Shown here one piece after another: positions 63,897 to 64,000 of a stretch of DNA of 64,000 nt (within the stretch, counting starts at the first letter, position 1; each line of letters opens with the position of its first letter). The DNA comes from Thecamonas trahens ATCC 50062 (lineage: Eukaryota; Protista; Apusomonadida), in contig NW_013657669.1 in the NCBI RefSeq assembly GCF_000142905.1, forward strand, positions 1 to 64,000. The letters run 5' to 3'. The notes below the pieces were generated by a model that was not told the DNA's origin, did no database searches, and worked only from the letters and a program-made list of their open reading frames with translations. The position numbers and the translations under genes were made by a program.

Positions 63897-64000
63897 CCCG
63901 CGCATCAGCGTGCAAACGAATGGCACTTGCGTCTACAGATGCACTTGTCCTTGTCTTTTCTTGTCACACTTGTGGCAATGAGCGAGTTCGAGGAAGTGGT

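Noticed and set aside
1-64000. Hundreds of overlapping and antisense ORFs in the track (e.g. 965-2746, 8556-10412, 56138-57427)
   Set aside because: Shadow frames of GC-rich coding sequence; no motifs, and they overlap well-supported genes.

Overview
Gene-dense, GC-rich eukaryotic (protist) nuclear DNA, not a prokaryote or phage. About 26 protein-coding genes; nine GT-AG introns could be reconstructed (donors mostly GTAYG, branch sites close to RCTNAC). The FG-GAP/GGA-repeat/multi-TM receptor and TmcB-like PAS protein are consistent with an apusomonad such as Thecamonas (inference, not proven). Main highlight: a ~964-aa fusion of an 8-TM microbial rhodopsin, a histidine kinase and two receiver domains (8448-11342). 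It keeps the retinal-binding lysine, has Ser in place of the D85 counterion, has degenerate ATP-binding boxes and lacks a cyclase. It lies head-to-head with a 2353-aa multi-PAS membrane protein, making a candidate light-sensing two-component locus. Other notable items: bacterial-type LpxC (lipid A); a bacterial-like DoxX-type membrane protein; a two-exon 61-aa COX4-like gene missed by the ORF track; a 644-bp tandem duplication creating a possible stand-alone Sld5 C-terminal ORF; POT1 with an extra N-terminal domain; a zinc-finger/PIN(NYN)/RGG protein; and several frameshifts that each repair by adding one base to a homopolymer (probably consensus errors). All calls come from motif recognition by eye; no searches were run.
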